DNA of 62,998 nt, filler included, from Octopus bimaculoides (lineage: Eukaryota): the NCBI RefSeq assembly GCF_001194135.2. It is 6 parts of 6 records of this genome, joined end to end, with 100 filler letters (N's around TTAATTAATTAA, not from the genome) between each part and the next. Parts side by side here need not be neighbours in the genome. Positions count along the whole stretch, not along the records: positions 61,589 to 62,998 come from NW_026347733.1; 5 more parts are not named here. One strand, written 5' to 3'. The notes under the pieces were generated by a model, which had not been told where the DNA came from, ran no database searches, and saw only the letters and a list, made by a program, of their open reading frames with translations. The translations under genes and the position numbers were made by a program. Shown piece by piece: positions 61,489 through 62,998 of this stretch; within the stretch, counting starts at the first letter, position 1, and each line of letters starts with the position of its first letter.

Positions 61489-62233
61489 NNNNNNNNNNNN
61501 NNNNNNNNNNNNNNNNNNNNNNNNNNNNNNNNTTAATTAATTAANNNNNNNNNNNNNNNNNNNNNNNNNNNNNNNNNNNNNNNNNNNNTTTTATGAAAAA
61601 AATTTTCTTTGCTGTAACATATGGTGACTTTCATGTTGCGTGTATATATATGTGTATCTGTTAAGTATGTGTGTATATGTTTGTGTCTCTCTTTGTGATA
61701 GATATGTTATATGTGATCTGTATATGTGGTGTGTATTTTGTGTAATGTGTATAATTTGTGTGTTTATGCATGATGTGTATGTGTAGTTATGTACTCCGTA
61801 TATTGTGTATGCATAATGAGTGTGTTGTGTAAATTATGTTTGTGTGCATGCAATGATTTGTGTGTGTGTGTGTGTGTGTGTTGGTTATGTAGTAGATGCG
61901 GTGTTGTGTGTGCATTGTGGTTATACATAATGTATATATTGCGTGTATATGTGTATACACTATGTACTGTTTGTGCATATGCTTCGTGTATGTACCATTG
62001 TCCGACAGTCAATATGTCTATTACAGTGTCTCTACTTCAACTATAAAACTACAAATATTGATTTCTAGCTTGGTATCATGGTGAGTTGGCAGAAATGGTA
62101 AAGTGGTACTCAATGTGATACAACATTTAAGTTTACTCAGCTATGGCCTAGGTTCAGATCTCATTGGTACAGTTGTTGTATTTGCTTTTCCTCTAAGGAC
62201 CAATACAATTAAATAACGTATGTCTTTCTTTTA

Positions 62234-62435
62234 TCTTTTACTCTTTTACTTGTGTCTGTCACTGGACTCTGACCATTCTTGGTCACCACCTTGAAAGGTT
62301 TAGTCAAATGAATCAACCCTAGTACTTATTGTCCTTTGAAGTTTGGTATTGTGTTGGTCTCTTTAGCCAAAATACTAAGTAATGGGGATGTAAATAAACC
62401 AACAGTGGTTGTCAGGCAGTGGTGGGGGGACACAC
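62234..62435 (-). mobile_element. SINE family B 3' half
   Basis: Reverse complement of the 24880-25083-type region including the AAAAGAGT tail. Confidence 0.75.
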
Positions 62436-62475
62436 ATACCTCAGGCGCAAAGGCGCGCGCACACACACACACACA

Positions 62476-62605
62476 CTGGGTGCAGTGAATAAACTGTCGT
62501 CTAAATTACGCAAAAATGGAAATAACTGACATCCTCATTTTAACAGATATATTACATATTTACATATTACAAAATAACATAAAAATATCTTGAAATACTA
62601 AAGAG
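62476..62605 (-). mobile_element. Terminal fragment of the maT-like element
   Basis: GGGTGCAGTGAATAAACTGTCGTCTAAATTACGCAAAAATG matches the start of 47800-48606. Confidence 0.8.
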
Positions 62606-62828
62606 TATGTATATATATTTTGTGTCTGTGTTTGCCCCCCAGCTCCATCATTGTTTGACAACCGATGTTGGTGTGATTATGCCCCCACAACTGAGTGCTT
62701 CGGCAAAAAGAGACCGATAGAATAAGTACTAGGCTTAGAAAGAATAAGTCCTGGGGTTGATTTGTTCAAGGCAGTGCTCCAGCATGGCTGCAGTCAAATG
62801 ACTGAAACAAGTAAAAGAATAAAAGAGT
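62606..62828 (+). mobile_element. SINE family B 3' half
   Basis: GAGACCGATAGAATAAGTACTAGG...GTGCTCCAGCATGG...AAACAAGTAAAAG. Confidence 0.88.
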
Positions 62829-62998
62829 GTAGGCACAGGAGTGACTGTTTGGTAAATAGCTTGCTTACCAATCACATGGTTCTGGGTTCAATCCTACTGC
62901 GTGGCACCTTGGGCAAGTGTCTTCTACTATAGCCTCGGGCTGGTCAAGGCCTTGTGATTGGATTTGGTAGACAGAAACTGAAAGAAGCCCGTCGTATA
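62829..62998 (+). mobile_element. SINE family B 5' part (cut by the window edge)
   Basis: Matches 24691-24860. Confidence 0.9.

Overview
AT-rich eukaryotic draft-assembly sequence with many N gaps. It is most consistent with an octopus (coleoid cephalopod) genome, judged from my recollection of these SINE/LINE families and the microsatellite density, not from a database search. Most of the window is transposable-element debris: four tRNA-derived SINE families, RTE, CR1, L1/Tx1 and R4/Dong-type LINE remnants, Tc1, mariner and maT remnants, hAT elements, a Helitron-like element, two copies of one LTR, and microsatellites. The only host gene I recognise is a first coding exon of MAD2L1BP/p31comet (29757-29939, +) with a CCAAT/CRE promoter. 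The rest of that gene was not found. The most striking unexplained feature is a type I hammerhead ribozyme with an intact catalytic core (39219-39347). It has an unusual 86-nt structured loop II and lies in a segment bounded by a perfect 44-bp inverted repeat. Other points of interest: a SINE inserted into the antisense tail of a related SINE, forming a tight hairpin; tandem CCCH zinc fingers in a CR1 ORF1; a hAT-like element with an apparent 9-bp TSD; an orphan CpG-rich promoter-like segment; and weakly supported minus-strand exons that may encode a NIDO/PLXDC-like protein. No CRISPR array, rRNA gene or genuine tRNA gene is supported.
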